Source: Methylocystaceae bacterium UBA5192 (GTDB lineage: Bacteria; Pseudomonadota; Alphaproteobacteria; Rhizobiales; Beijerinckiaceae). Taken from it: a stretch of 64,000 bases of DNA. The stretch lies in NCBI GenBank assembly GCA_002412985.1, contig DHWC01000036.1, forward strand, positions 20,385 to 84,384, written 5' to 3'. Below, piece by piece: positions 1 to 9,268 of the stretch (position 1 is the first letter of the stretch; each line of letters begins with the position of its first letter). Under the pieces are notes generated by a model. It was not told where the DNA came from. It saw nothing but the letters and a program-made list of their open reading frames with translations, and ran no database searches. A program made the position numbers and the translations under genes.

Positions 1-1
1 C

Positions 2-1411
2 GTCAAAATTATCGCGACGTTAGGGCCGGCGACGGTTGATAAGGCAATTATCACAGGTCTTGTGCGCGCTGGCGCGGATGTTTTTCGGATTAACATGAGC
101 CACACGGATCATACGGCTCTTGCATCTTATGTGCGAATAATCCGGGAAATTGAATCAGAAATGTCCCGTGCGATCGGTATTCTGGCTGATCTTCAAGGAC
201 CTAAATTGCGAATAGGCGCCTTCGATGAAGGCTCTGTTCACTTGAGAAAGGGCGATGTCTTTGTTTTCGACTCTAATCCAGAGCCTGGCAACGCTTCACG
301 CGTAAGACTGCCCCATCCAGAAATTCTTGCGGCGTTGAAAGTCGGCGATAGTATTCTCATTGATGATGGACGCGTACGGTTGCACGTTGTCGAAACCGCG
401 CCAGATCGCGCCCATGCGGTTGTAGATATCGCTGGACGCTTATCAAATAGAAAAGGCGTCAGTCTACCCGATACGGAAATACCGATCAGCTCGATGACGC
501 CGAAGGATCGCGCGGATTTGGTCGCAGCGCTTGATGAAGGCGTTGACTGGGTTGCTATTTCCTTTGTTCAGCGGCCTGAAGATGTATTAGAGGTTAAGCA
601 GATTACTCAAGGCCGCGCCTTAGTTATGGCGAAAATTGAAAAGCCTCAAGCAATCGCCCGTCTTGAAGAGGTAATAGAAGTTTCTGACGCGCTGATGGTT
701 GCGCGTGGAGATCTTGGTGTTGAGGTTCCCCTCGAGCGCGTGCCTGGTTTACAAAAACGGATTAATCGTTCTGCGCGACGTCTGGGCAAGCCAGTGGTCA
801 TCGCAACGCAGATGCTGGAATCTATGATCCTCTCCCCTTTGCCGACAAGAGCAGAGGTTTCCGATGTTGCTACAGCTGTCTTTGAAGGCGCAGATGCCGT
901 TATGCTATCTGCTGAGAGTGCGGCTGGACAATATCCGCAGGATGCTGTCGCAACGATGAGTCGTATCGCTGAAGAAGTAGAGACAGATACGATTTATCGG
1001 TCAATTATTAACGCTCAGCGCGGTGAACTTCCGAATCCGACGTCAGCAGATGCAATTGCGGTTGCGGCGAGAGATGTTGCGCAAACGTTGCATTCAAAAG
1101 CGATTTGCGCTTGGACTTCCTCTGGCTCGACAGCTTTGCGGATTGCGCGTGAGAGACCTCAATCACCTATTTTAGCCCTAACTCCTAAGCGGGATACGGC
1201 TCGGCGTCTCGCGCTCGTGTGGGGCGTTCATGCGCTTGAAACTCGCGATGCCGTCGATATTGAAGATATGGTTTTGAGGGCTTGTGAGTATTCCCGCAGC
1301 GAGGGATTTGGCCAGGATGGCGATCGGATCATTATTGTCGCAGGCATGCCCTTTGGCTCGCCTGGCGCAACCAACATGATGCGCATTGCGCATCTTGGCG
1401 GTGAGCCATGA
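2..1411 (+). CDS. pyk: Pyruvate kinase (5' end outside window)
   Basis: Frame is open from base 2 (VKIIATLGPAT). Motifs RINMSH, DLQGPKLR, MAKIEK, MVARGDLGVE, ATQMLESM, PTRAEVSDVATAV, DAVMLSAESA. Confidence 0.97.
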   Translation, partial: VKIIATLGPATVDKAIITGLVRAGADVFRINMSHTDHTALASYVRIIREIESEMSRAIGILADLQGPKLRIGAFDEGSVHLRKGDVFVFDSNPEPGNASRVRLPHPEILAALKVGDSILIDDGRVRLHVVETAPDRAHAVVDIAGRLSNRKGVSLPDTEIPISSMTPKDRADLVAALDEGVDWVAISFVQRPEDVLEVKQITQGRALVMAKIEKPQAIARLEEVIEVSDALMVARGDLGVEVPLERVPGLQKRINRSARRLGKPVVIATQMLESMILSPLPTRAEVSDVATAVFEGADAVMLSAESAAGQYPQDAVATMSRIAEEVETDTIYRSIINAQRGELPNPTSADAIAVAARDVAQTLHSKAICAWTSSGSTALRIARERPQSPILALTPKRDTARRLALVWGVHALETRDAVDIEDMVLRACEYSRSEGFGQDGDRIIIVAGMPFGSPGATNMMRIAHLGGEP

Positions 1412-1415
1412 ACCA

Positions 1416-1868
1416 TTAACTATGGCGCCATTCTAACATGATTGTTGGGCGTCCTGAGAGTGTATTGGCGCCTTCTCCAACCTGAACAAAATCGTTGCGC
1501 TCATAAAATCTGATAGCCCGATAATTATCTGCATTCACATCGAGTAGGATGAGCTGAGGGGAATTTTTCTTCGCTATATTTAGTAAATCCTCTCCATATC
1601 CTTGACCAAAATATTGAGGGCCTACGCATATTTGATCCAGCCAGCCTGTGGTTGGGTTGATAACGACAAAGCCTGCGATCTCTTTATTTGGCTGCCGCGT
1701 TAAGCATAAAGTTATAGCGCCATTCTTTTCCAATTCAGCAATATGCTGTGTTAACCATGAGCGTCGCGCATTAAAGTCAATGCGTGGAAATGTGGCTAGC
1801 CAGGACGCAACCCATAAATCTAGGAGTTGAGGCCAGTCCGTCTCCTCTCGGCGTCTTATCGTCGTCAA
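1416..1868 (-). CDS. GNAT family N-acetyltransferase
   Basis: 150 aa with an acetyl-CoA motif (V.PQYFGQGYG) and C-terminal VNADNYRAIRFYERNDF. Overlaps the suhB stop. Confidence 0.85.
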   Translation of the reverse strand: MTTIRRREETDWPQLLDLWVASWLATFPRIDFNARRSWLTQHIAELEKNGAITLCLTRQPNKEIAGFVVINPTTGWLDQICVGPQYFGQGYGEDLLNIAKKNSPQLILLDVNADNYRAIRFYERNDFVQVGEGANTLSGRPTIMLEWRHS

Positions 1869-2656
1869 GCTTTCCTCATGACTTCGAGTAATTGCCGATG
1901 AACCATTTCATTGCCTGCGCATACTTCTCCTTTCGCAAGCATAGAGCTCCCTCCAGAAAGATCCGTGACAAAACCGCCAGCTTCTCGGACAAGCACGATC
2001 CCAGCCGCAATATCCCAGGAATTAACGCCGCGCTCCCAATAACCATCAAAGCGTCCGCAGGCGACCATAGCGAGATCAATCGCGGCAGCGCCTAATCGTC
2101 GTATATTCCCGATCTTATTCATGCCTGCGGCGAGTTCGTTTTTAAAGGTGTCATGATCTTTTTGCCGCGCTAGCGGCGGAATACCACAGGCGACCATACA
2201 TTCTGCAAGTCCACGTCGAGCGGCGACACGCATGCGGCGATTATTGAAATAAGCTCCTTGTCCCTTTTCAGCGATATACATTTCATCGATCGCAGGGTTA
2301 TAGACGACCGCAGCGATTATTTGTCCCTCTCGCTCTAACGCAATGGAGATAGCGAATATTGGCACTCCGTGAAGAAAGTTTGATGTGCCGTCTAACGGAT
2401 CAATATGCCAAGTATGACTTTGATCGCTTCCTTCCACAACGCCGCCTTCTTCCATGATGAACCCATAGCCAGGGCGCGCTTTTGATAATTCTTCAAATAG
2501 AGTTTTTTCAGCCTTTTTATCAGCTGCGGTTACGAAATCTCCTGGACCTTTGACAGATACTTGGAGATTCTCAACTTCGCCGAAATCACGTTTGAGGCCA
2601 CGTCCAGCTTTTAAGGCTGCGCCAGTCATCACATTCATTAGCGCAGAGCGTATCAT
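1865..2656 (-). CDS. suhB: Inositol monophosphatase family protein SuhB
   Basis: DFVTAADK, WHIDPLDGTSNF, RRLGAAAIDL, WDIAAG motifs and the alphaproteobacterial N-terminus RDFGEVENLQVS. Confidence 0.92.
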   Translation of the reverse strand: MIRSALMNVMTGAALKAGRGLKRDFGEVENLQVSVKGPGDFVTAADKKAEKTLFEELSKARPGYGFIMEEGGVVEGSDQSHTWHIDPLDGTSNFLHGVPIFAISIALEREGQIIAAVVYNPAIDEMYIAEKGQGAYFNNRRMRVAARRGLAECMVACGIPPLARQKDHDTFKNELAAGMNKIGNIRRLGAAAIDLAMVACGRFDGYWERGVNSWDIAAGIVLVREAGGFVTDLSGGSSMLAKGEVCAGNEMVHRQLLEVMRKA

Positions 2657-2818
2657 TCAGCGTCCTCGACGATGTCAAAAGAGATAGAGAGACACCAATG
2701 CCCTTTTCGACGCCTGAGCGTCAAGCGGTTCATTTATGGGTGTTTTGAAGATGTTTTTTACCTAGCGTAAATCATTTTGGGCGATCTATGAGGAGGAAAT
2801 TCGTCGCGTAAGCTCGTA

Positions 2819-3079
2819 ATGATTGGCGCCAAAATGTCTCTACAAGATACGACCCCAACCTCATCGCAAAATATTCTGAGTGTGTCTGAGGTGGATTTTA
2901 TCAATCTACCCTCTCTCGCCTCTCAGGCGGATAGGGCGATGCGCCGCTTCCCGGGGGTGTCGTTTGGCCAATGTATGCGGATGATATTACTTATTGTTCT
3001 TGGTTTGGGATTTTATCAGCTGACGACCCCAAAATATAACAATGGCGTCACGCGGCATTTGGTGGCGAAATCTTTTTAA
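2819..3079 (+). CDS. Hypothetical small membrane protein
   Basis: 86-aa ORF fills the gap and has one hydrophobic stretch (MILLIVLGLGFY). No recognisable family. Confidence 0.35.
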   Translation: MIGAKMSLQDTTPTSSQNILSVSEVDFINLPSLASQADRAMRRFPGVSFGQCMRMILLIVLGLGFYQLTTPKYNNGVTRHLVAKSF

Positions 3080-3256
3080 ACCTAGTTATGAAGTCAGCCT
3101 GAGCTAAAGAAATATATGCAGGACAAGCCTCTTAAAATCTTAAATTTTTCTACCGCTATCTTAGTCATGGGTAATAATAGCGACTATTAACGCCCCATTA
3201 GGCTTATTTTAAAACTACAAGCGCTTGAACCAGCTGAGCTTCTTTCTTCAGTTAAG

Positions 3257-3272
3257 GTTAAATTTTACTTAG
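3257..3272. promoter_or_regulatory. CtrA-like box upstream of rcdA
   Basis: GTTAA-N7-TTAG (one mismatch to the GTTAA-N7-TTAA consensus). A second TTAA-N7-TTAG lies at 3187-3201. Confidence 0.45.
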
Positions 3273-3338
3273 GCGCGCGATTTATCAATCAATAGGCTAG
3301 CATGACTTTGTTGAATTTAGCGGAGCCCTGCTTTCCGC

Positions 3339-3890
3339 ATGCCTATGGATTTGTCTATGTCGCGCGCACCCGATCTCTTTGGGAAGGAAAAGACCCCTGT
3401 TTCCCTGGTTGAAAAGCTTATTTCATCTGAGGCCTTTTCAAGTTTGTATCATGAGGGCATGGGGCTTGTTGAAGAAGCCGCAGCCTATTTGGATGGCGAG
3501 GGGAGAGAAGAGGCAAAATTGCTCGCGCGCGAAACCTCGCTAGCTTATTCGGCCGAGAGCATGCGGCTCACAACAAGATTAATGCAAATTGCCTCCTGGC
3601 TGTTATTGCAGCGTGCGGTTCACCAAGGAGAAATGACGCGGCATCAATCCGCCGCTGGCCGTCATCGCGTGAGGTTACAACAACAAGAGCTTGCTTCCTC
3701 GTTAGAAATCTTCAAGCGTTTACCCGATCGGTTGAGAGAACTTTCTCTCGACTCTCTGCGTTTACAAGCGAGGATTATTCTGATGGATCAGCTTCTTTAT
3801 GCGGAGCGCGAAATCTCAGATAAACTTGAGCCGCCAATCAGCCCTGTACTATTACAACTGGCCAGGCTTCGAGACGCCTTCTCAGATTAG
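3339..3890 (+). CDS. rcdA: Regulator of CtrA degradation RcdA (DUF1465)
   Basis: Signature F..LY.EGMGLVEEAAAYLDGEGR and ESMRLTTRLMQIASWLLLQRAV. Convergent with rpmE. Confidence 0.9.
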   Translation: MPMDLSMSRAPDLFGKEKTPVSLVEKLISSEAFSSLYHEGMGLVEEAAAYLDGEGREEAKLLARETSLAYSAESMRLTTRLMQIASWLLLQRAVHQGEMTRHQSAAGRHRVRLQQQELASSLEIFKRLPDRLRELSLDSLRLQARIILMDQLLYAEREISDKLEPPISPVLLQLARLRDAFSD

Positions 3891-3927
3891 ACTTATTTCA
3901 AGTCAAGCGATGGTTCTCGGATTCATG

Positions 3928-3957
3928 AAAAAGCTGACGAAGGGGGCTTCGTCAGCT
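3928..3957 (-). terminator. Intrinsic terminator between rcdA and rpmE
   Basis: 11-bp stem AGCTGACGAAG/CTTCGTCAGCT with an A-tract on the left (U-tract on the minus strand). Confidence 0.75.
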
Positions 3958-3998
3958 CAATCTGTCGGCAAATAATGACTGTTTAAAATTCGCTGATT

Positions 3999-4232
3999 TT
4001 ATTTTTTGTTGTTGAGGCCAAGATTGCCAAAACGCGAATTAAAGCGCGACAAACGCCCGCCACGATCCAGCAGCTGGGTAGAACCCCCAGTCCACGCAGG
4101 ATGTGTTTTGGGATCAATGTCGAGGTTCATCGTGTCGCCCTCTTTCCCCCAAGTTGAACGCGTTAAATATTCCGTTCCGTCCGTCATAACGACCTTAATC
4201 GTATGATAATCTGGATGGATCTCTTTTTTCAT
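3999..4232 (-). CDS. rpmE: 50S ribosomal protein L31 (Cys-free type)
   Basis: [10 protein letters not shown]...[13 protein letters not shown]...RLSRFNSRF. Start moved to the ATG at 4232. Confidence 0.96.
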   Translation of the reverse strand: MKKEIHPDYHTIKVVMTDGTEYLTRSTWGKEGDTMNLDIDPKTHPAWTGGSTQLLDRGGRLSRFNSRFGNLGLNNKK

Positions 4233-4392
4233 AGTTCTAAACCCTTGTTGCAACGAGTAAAAGGCCCGCCAGACCCTGTTCGTCGCGGCCATTTGATCGT
4301 TGAGAATGATTTCACGCGCTCATAGCGCAAGAGAGCTAGGGGAGCAAGCCCAGCGACTAAAACAGAGGCAAAAAGGCCTTATCGACTTTCGT

Positions 4393-4767
4393 TCAAGCGG
4401 CAAGCATACGTTGGACTTCGCTAACAAGATCCCGTAGATGAAACGGTTTTGACAGGACTTTCGCCTGTTGAGGGGCTTGGTTGTTGGGATTGAGGGCTAC
4501 TGCGGCAAAACCCGTAATAAACATGACCTTAATGTCGGGATCGAGCTCTGTAGCCCGGCGGGCTAGTTCAATTCCATCCATTTCCGGCATAACAATGTCC
4601 GTCAACAGCAGCTCGAAAGGCTCCACCCGTAATTGGTCATAAGCTGACAAGCCATTATCGAATGAGGCGACGGCAAAGCCGGCCTGTTGAAGCGCTTTGA
4701 CAAGGAAGCGACGCATATCATTGTCATCCTCGGCGAGCAGGATCTTAGGCGTCAGCTTGTCATTCAT
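4393..4767 (-). CDS. cpdR: Single-domain response regulator CpdR (ClpXP adaptor)
   Basis: KILLAEDDNDMRRFL, LLLTDIVMPEMDGIELARRA, FITGFAAVAL, VLSKPFHLRDLV. Divergent from N-formylglutamate amidohydrolase, the usual context. Confidence 0.93.
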   Translation of the reverse strand: MNDKLTPKILLAEDDNDMRRFLVKALQQAGFAVASFDNGLSAYDQLRVEPFELLLTDIVMPEMDGIELARRATELDPDIKVMFITGFAAVALNPNNQAPQQAKVLSKPFHLRDLVSEVQRMLAA

Positions 4768-4979
4768 CTTTAACCTCTCACGTTTTCCCGTATCAAGACT
4801 TAGCTTCGTAAATATCAGGTGAAAATTCTACGCTGACGGGTTAGTCTGGGTTTTACTCTCAATTTGTGATCCTATCGAGAGGTCGGTGTCCGCTTTATGA
4901 AATCGCGGTAAATTTTCGTTTCATTGGCGGTGTCGATTGAAAACTAGATGATCCGACGACGGATGGGCCTAGGGGATTA

Positions 4980-5918
4980 ATGAATAGTAAAGCGCAAGAT
5001 GAGGGAAGCGTGGTAGTGGGAGAGGAGTTTCCTACGCCCTTTGAGGTTATTGAGCCGCCTCAGCTGACCTCGCCTTTAGTCTTTTCTTCCCCACACTCTG
5101 GTCGATGCTATCTCAGCTCATTCGTAGCTGCGAGCCGTCTCGATCTGGCGACTTTGCGTCGCTCTGAAGACGCCTATGTTGATGAACTCTTTTCATGTGT
5201 TGGAGCAGTCGGGGCCCCTCTATTGCTGGCTCATGTTCCCAGAGCTTATTTGGATTTGAACAGGGAGCCGTTTGAACTCGATCCTAAACTCTTCATCGAG
5301 AGTTTGCCGAATTTTGCGAACACCCGCTCCCTTCGAGTCGCTGCGGGATTAGGAACAATACCGCGCGTTGTTTCTGATGCGCGTGAAATATATCCAGCTA
5401 AACTAACTTTAAAGGAAGCTTTAAAGAGGATTGAGTTATTTTATTATCCCTATCATTCGGTTTTACGAAGTTTGATGGCGCGCGCGCGCGAAAGATTTGG
5501 TTTTGCGATCCTTATTGATTGTCACTCAATGCCTTCAACAAGTACAAAAGACCATCACAATATAAAGTCTGATCGGCGTAGGTTAGATTTTGTCATTGGC
5601 GACCGTTATGGCGCCAGCGCTGATCGTCGCATTGTGCTTAGCGTCGAGGATCGGTTAAAGCGCCACGGCTATCATATACAACGCAATCGCCCTTATGCTG
5701 GCGGTTTCATTACAGAACATTTTGGTCAGCCTGATTTAGGATGGCATGCCCTGCAGATTGAGGTGTCTCGCGCCTTGTATATGGATGAAGTCAAAATTGA
5801 GAAGAGCATAAGGTTTCCTCAAATCGCCAAACATATCGCTGAGCTTGTCATGGGACTCTCTTATGACGTCGCTGCTCGTGAAGGATTCGGCGTATCCCAG
5901 CGCGCTGCTGCAGAATAA
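4980..5918 (+). CDS. N-formylglutamate amidohydrolase family protein
   Basis: SSPHSG, RRSEDAYVD, RAYLDLNR, DCHSMPS, NRPYAGGFIT, HALQIEVSRALY. Confidence 0.92.
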   Translation: MNSKAQDEGSVVVGEEFPTPFEVIEPPQLTSPLVFSSPHSGRCYLSSFVAASRLDLATLRRSEDAYVDELFSCVGAVGAPLLLAHVPRAYLDLNREPFELDPKLFIESLPNFANTRSLRVAAGLGTIPRVVSDAREIYPAKLTLKEALKRIELFYYPYHSVLRSLMARARERFGFAILIDCHSMPSTSTKDHHNIKSDRRRLDFVIGDRYGASADRRIVLSVEDRLKRHGYHIQRNRPYAGGFITEHFGQPDLGWHALQIEVSRALYMDEVKIEKSIRFPQIAKHIAELVMGLSYDVAAREGFGVSQRAAAE

Positions 5919-5945
5919 GGCGCCTGTTGCGCTCATGGACAAAAA

Positions 5946-6758
5946 ATGACCGCCATAGATTTTGAAAAATTTGTAGAGCGTCTGGCGGATGTGTCAGGCG
6001 AAGCGATACTACCATTTTTTAAAACGTCCTTAAGCGCCGAAGATAAGTCGTTAGGGGGCGTCTTTGACCCAGTAACAGAAGCAGATCGCGCGGCGGAGTT
6101 AGCCATGCGTCAACTGATATCAGATAGTTTTCCCAGTCACGGGATTATTGGCGAAGAATTTGGTTCTTCCAATGCTGAGGCTGAATATGTCTGGGTATTG
6201 GATCCAATTGACGGCACCAAAAGTTTCATCTGCGGATTTCCAACATGGGGCACTTTGATTGGACTGACGCATCGTGGCCATGCGTGTTATGGAATGATGT
6301 CTCAGCCTTTTATTCGCGAGCGGTTTTATGGCGATGGTCGAGCAGCTTATTGGCGCGGGCCTGCTCGTACGACCGGGGGAATTGAGGAGCGTCGCAAGCT
6401 TTCTGTTCGGGCCTGCCCATCGCTTGAAAAAGCAACTTTAATGACGACCTCTCCCTTATTGATTGAGCCTGAGCAGCGCGAAGCATTTCATAGTGTTGAA
6501 AAAAAAGTGCGTATGTCGAGATATGGCGGTGATTGTTATGCATATTGCGCGCTGGCCGCTGGTCATGTCGATCTGATCATTGAAACAGGAATTAATGCTT
6601 ACGATATCGTCGCTCTCATACCAATTATCGAGGGTGCAGGAGGGATAATCACGACATGGCAGGGAGAAGCTGCAACAAACGGCGGGCGTATCGTTGCTGC
6701 TGGCGATCAGCGGACCCACAAGCAAGCGCTTGAAGCGCTCTCAGAAAAAATCGCTTAA
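5946..6758 (+). CDS. hisN: Histidinol-phosphate phosphatase HisN (IMPase family)
   Basis: FDPVTEADRAAE, WVLDPIDGTKSFI, RYGGDCYAY, YDIVALIPIIEGAGG. Confidence 0.88.
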   Translation: MTAIDFEKFVERLADVSGEAILPFFKTSLSAEDKSLGGVFDPVTEADRAAELAMRQLISDSFPSHGIIGEEFGSSNAEAEYVWVLDPIDGTKSFICGFPTWGTLIGLTHRGHACYGMMSQPFIRERFYGDGRAAYWRGPARTTGGIEERRKLSVRACPSLEKATLMTTSPLLIEPEQREAFHSVEKKVRMSRYGGDCYAYCALAAGHVDLIIETGINAYDIVALIPIIEGAGGIITTWQGEAATNGGRIVAAGDQRTHKQALEALSEKIA

Positions 6759-6923
6759 TGCTGACAGGCATAGACTGATTAGAAATATGATAGGAGAATA
6801 CACAGTAGGCGACGTTTGATATTCTATTTTAAATTACTACTATGCATTTAATGCGTAAAAAGTTTTAAGCGTAGTCCCTTTGCTCCAATAAACGAAGGCG
6901 CCTAGAGGAATAGCCTTTATTAA

Positions 6924-7868
6924 TTAGTGAAACGTCTCCCCCGGAACGAAGGCATCAAAAGCGCGCCAGAATTGATCGCGCACACGATCTCGTTCCATGA
7001 GAATTTCGTGTTTGGAACCTGGAATATGAACCAGGGCGGCGTTATTCAGATTGGCGACAAAACGTTCGATAGCATTGTTAGAAACAATCTGTTCGCGTCC
7101 GCATGAAATAACCAAAGCAGGGGTTCTGATGCGGCGGGGGTAATCAGGCGACTCAAAACGCGACATTAGTCGAAAAGCGGCATTCACCCAGCCAATTGTT
7201 GGATCGCCAATAATGAGTGCCGGGGCTTTATCCAAAATTGAGGCATTGCGCGCAAAACGATCTGGGTCTGTTGTTAATTTATTATTCTCATAAGGTTTCT
7301 CGAGCATGGAGCGTTTGTTTCCTAGCGGAATATACCGTCCGCCCATGCCAACCATATCAAGGGTGTCTGCGAGCCACCGGACAGCATTTGGAAAACGAAT
7401 ATTTGCAATATCAATCATTGGAGCTGTCAGGATGAGGCGCTGGAATGGGGGACGGGCGGAGTAGGCTGCGTCAAGAACAATAGCGGCGCCCATCGAATGA
7501 GCTAAGGCGTAAAAGGGTTGAGTACAAGTAACTAGGGCTTGATTGATGAAAGCCTCCAAGTCGTTTTGATAGAGTGCGAAATCATCAATATGACCTTTGC
7601 GGGGATCGTCTAATTCTCTCTCAGATCCCCCCTGGCAGCGCCAGTCAAATGTAGCGACGTCAAATCCCCTGGCCCGGAGATCATCGATGGTCTCGAAATA
7701 TTTTTCTATAAATTCATTATGGCCTTGCAGGAGTGCGATGGTGCCGCGCGCCTGGCCCTGAACACGAAAAATCGCTGCGCGAAGGCGCCTGCCATCTTGT
7801 GTCTCCAGCATGAAGCTTTCAGCGCCTGTTGGAATTTGATTAGTCTCAGTTGAAATTAGATCTAGCAT
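6924..7868 (-). CDS. Lysophospholipase L2-like alpha/beta hydrolase
   Basis: EFIEKYFE, FDWRCQGGSER, nucleophile elbow AHSMG, HEILME. Start set at MLDLIS. Confidence 0.85.
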   Translation of the reverse strand: MLDLISTETNQIPTGAESFMLETQDGRRLRAAIFRVQGQARGTIALLQGHNEFIEKYFETIDDLRARGFDVATFDWRCQGGSERELDDPRKGHIDDFALYQNDLEAFINQALVTCTQPFYALAHSMGAAIVLDAAYSARPPFQRLILTAPMIDIANIRFPNAVRWLADTLDMVGMGGRYIPLGNKRSMLEKPYENNKLTTDPDRFARNASILDKAPALIIGDPTIGWVNAAFRLMSRFESPDYPRRIRTPALVISCGREQIVSNNAIERFVANLNNAALVHIPGSKHEILMERDRVRDQFWRAFDAFVPGETFH

Positions 7869-8020
7869 GGTATTTCCGTGGCTGCCGCCTGACGCGCAGA
7901 CGCGTTGGCTAGCGAAGCTTTGAACATACCGTCTTTTCGTTGACATGAAAAACCCAAATTGGTCAGGGGAAGTTTCAGCGTAAAAAAGAGCGGGGGGCCT
8001 GAAAAGCGCTATTGCAGGCT

Positions 8021-8049
8021 CTTGAAACGAGCAATTTCCCTTCCTAACT
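8021..8049 (+). promoter_or_regulatory. RpoH (sigma32)-type promoter of ibpA
   Basis: CTTGAA -35 box followed by CCTAACT, resembling the alphaproteobacterial RpoH consensus, upstream of a small heat-shock gene. Confidence 0.65.
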
Positions 8050-8054
8050 CAGTC

Positions 8055-8141
8055 TCAGCGTGGGCCGTGACGGACACGCATTTTGGTCGGCGCGTCAATC
8101 TCGACGCGCCTCATGTCGCTTCAGACGGAGGATATGTTATG
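8055..8141 (+). promoter_or_regulatory. ROSE-like RNA thermometer in the ibpA 5' UTR
   Basis: UCGCU motif just upstream of the GGAGGA Shine-Dalgarno (tcatgtcgcttcagacggaggatatg), able to pair with it. Further hairpins lie upstream. Confidence 0.7.
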
Positions 8142-8603
8142 CGTCAATTCGACTTTACCCCACTTTATCGGCAGACCGTGGGTTTCGATCGCCTCTTTAA
8201 TTTATTGGATCAGGGCGGTCCTTATGATAGCGCGTCAAGCTATCCCCCCTATAACATTGAACGGGTGAGCGAGAACGCCTATCGCGTAACTCTTGCGGTC
8301 GCGGGATTTGCTCTAGAAGATCTTATTATTGAGTCAAAAGAGAATACGCTCATTGTTAAAGGAGTGAAAGATCAGCTTTCTCAAGCTGAGGGACGTGAAC
8401 TTCTTCACCAAGGCATTGCTGCACGAGCGTTTGAACGACGGTTTCAGCTTGCCGACCATGTCATTGTAACTGCGGCAAGCCTTTACAATGGTCTTTTACA
8501 TATCGATTTAGTTCGTGAACTTCCTGAAGCGCAGAAGCCGCGACGGATTGAAATAGCCCTAAAAGACTCGGAAAAAGTCGTAGAGCATTCGAAGGCGGCC
8601 TAA
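8139..8603 (+). CDS. ibpA: Small heat-shock protein (Hsp20, IbpA/HspH class)
   Basis: MRQFDFTPLYRQTVGFDRLF, YPPYNIE, LAVAGF, GIAARAFERRFQLADH, NGLLHIDL. Strong RBS before the ATG at 8139. Confidence 0.95.
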   Translation: MRQFDFTPLYRQTVGFDRLFNLLDQGGPYDSASSYPPYNIERVSENAYRVTLAVAGFALEDLIIESKENTLIVKGVKDQLSQAEGRELLHQGIAARAFERRFQLADHVIVTAASLYNGLLHIDLVRELPEAQKPRRIEIALKDSEKVVEHSKAA

Positions 8604-8627
8604 TCGGACGATTGAGATAGGTTAAAG

Positions 8628-8655
8628 GAAAGGCGCCTTCGGGCGCCTTTTTTTT
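8628..8655 (+). terminator. Intrinsic terminator of ibpA
   Basis: AAAGGCGCC-TTCG-GGCGCCTTT followed by a T-run. Confidence 0.9.
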
Positions 8656-9268
8656 GGTAGCGTGAAATTTATCCATACCCCGGTGTTTTTGATTTAATGT
8701 TGTCATTCTGGATACGGGAGGCAATGTTACTGCGCCGCGGCATAAGAAAGGGCAGGCGGGTCTGGGTAAATCACAAGCGCGCTTAAGCCAACGATCCGGT
8801 AAACGGCTTTAATGCGTAAGACGCTGAATTTAAATGTTAAAATTTTAACAACCTAGATTGAAGATTGGCTGCAGGCCATGTTTGAACCACTCGTGAGAAG
8901 CAGGGCCGGCAGCCGGTGCGCGCTTGTAAGCTGAGGGCAAATCTGGCACGATTTGCAGCGCCATTACGTCAGTGTTACTGACCCTTTGGCGCTGGAAGAG
9001 CGGAAAGTCGCTGCTTTCTACCAAATGCGGTTATGCAATAGGCGCACGCTGCTAACTAAAGCAGCTGGCGCGCGATTTGCCTTTCAGTAATACCCAAGGC
9101 GGTCGGCGCTTTACGAAAGCGCCCGCGTGTCGATGGCTTACAAGGCATAAAGGAATTTGCGTAGGGCTTTTGCGCTTCAAATGTCGCAATGAGCTCCTGT
9201 GCAGGGATATAAAACATTAGAAATAAATTGACGGCGATTTTGATGCGGCGTCAGGGGGAGTGACCAAA

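Noticed and set aside
7959-8138. 60-aa N-terminal extension of IbpA in the ORF track
   Set aside because: It covers the RpoH promoter and ROSE leader. The true start is ATG 8139 with a GGAGGA RBS.
8944-8957. TGGCACGATTTGCA as a sigma54 promoter for gltB
   Set aside because: The GG-to-GC spacing is 2 nt shorter than the strict -24/-12 geometry.
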